The notes under the pieces are model-generated. The model was not told the origin of the DNA. It made no database searches and was given only the letters and a program-made list of their open reading frames with translations. This document shows positions 19,678 to 20,000 of a DNA stretch of 20,000 nucleotides, piece after piece; the first letter of the stretch is position 1; each line of letters begins with the position of its first letter. Position numbers and translations under genes: made by a program. The DNA comes from Piedraia hortae CBS 480.64 (taxonomy: Eukaryota). Where the stretch lies: the NCBI GenBank assembly GCA_010093745.1, contig MU006000.1:115430-135429 (forward strand), read 5' to 3'.

Positions 19678-19813
19678 TACACGACCGAGTGTTGTGAATA
19701 TGCGGTATATTACGCGCATTATTAGTAACCGTCGCTCGGCTCTCGACTTCACGCGTCAACTAGTTTTCCGTAGAGATTTGTATGCAGGTACACATCTGCT
19801 CACAATTATAATA

Positions 19814-19825
19814 GGTTATGAGCCC
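19814..19825 (+). promoter_or_regulatory. Primer-binding site complementary to the anticodon arm of initiator tRNA-Met
   Basis: GGTTATGAGCCC is the reverse complement of GGGCUCAUAACC, the anticodon stem-loop of tRNA-iMet. This is the PBS type used by yeast Ty5 and Drosophila copia. Confidence 0.85.
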
Positions 19826-19891
19826 GGGCTCTACCGCTAACAAGCGCTATTCAAATTGAGTCTCGAAGCGAAAGCGGAGCTTCCAGAGACC

Positions 19892-20000
19892 ATGAGCTAC
19901 GAAAGAAAAAGAGCTGTCATTCTCAAGGCTGGAACGCCATTCGAGGCATGGAACGCTGACTTGCAGGGCGCTCTGAGCCTGGCAACAGACAAGACCTTGG
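19892..20000 (+). CDS. Putative copia Gag N-terminus (partial, open to the window end)
   Basis: ACCATG context 66 nt after the PBS. MSYERKRAVILKAGTPFEAWNADLQGALSLATDKTL resembles the copia Gag N-terminal L-x-G-x-x-F-x-x-W...L pattern. It is absent from the ORF track, being short and truncated. Confidence 0.65.
   Translation, partial: MSYERKRAVILKAGTPFEAWNADLQGALSLATDKTL

Larger units (their letters stand above)
19690..20000 (+). mobile_element. 5' end of a Ty1/copia LTR retrotransposon (Ty5/copia half-tRNA-primed type): 5' LTR about 19690-19813, PBS, gag start; runs off the window
   Basis: The LTR begins TGTTGTGA and ends TTATAATA, which is the expected inverted repeat TCACAACA with three C>T changes. 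It is followed immediately by the PBS GGTTATGAGCCC and then a gag-like ORF at 19892. The second LTR and pol are not visible. Confidence 0.8.

Noticed and set aside
1..20000. CRISPR array, prokaryotic operon or secondary-metabolite cluster around ACC1
   Set aside because: The sequence is eukaryotic with no repeat-spacer array. ACC1's neighbours are unrelated housekeeping genes, with no PKS, FAS or tailoring enzymes.

Overview
Eukaryotic window from a filamentous ascomycete (probably a Dothideomycete with a compact, intron-poor genome; taxon is inference). Bases 1-14.0 kb are a tightly packed housekeeping block: the 3' part of nudE (+), acetyl-CoA carboxylase ACC1 (+, one 50-nt intron), a divergent COP9 signalosome subunit 1 (+), the response regulator SSK1 (-) and the DEAD-box helicase DBP9 (+). 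A single-pass membrane protein gene lies at 15.6-16.8 kb (+). The rest looks decayed or accessory: a possible BTB-domain relic (-, about 14.1-15.3 kb) and an F-box/LRR-like pseudogene (-, about 17.9-19.4 kb) that the ORF track shows only as fragments. Near the right edge are two abutting hairpins (19608-19677). They are followed by the 5' end of a Ty1/copia retrotransposon of the Ty5/copia half-tRNA-primed type: a roughly 124-bp LTR with apparent CpA>TpA (RIP-like) changes, the PBS GGTTATGAGCCC and the start of gag. I see no clearly new biological system; the best leads are the hairpin/LTR junction and the two decayed cullin-adaptor genes.
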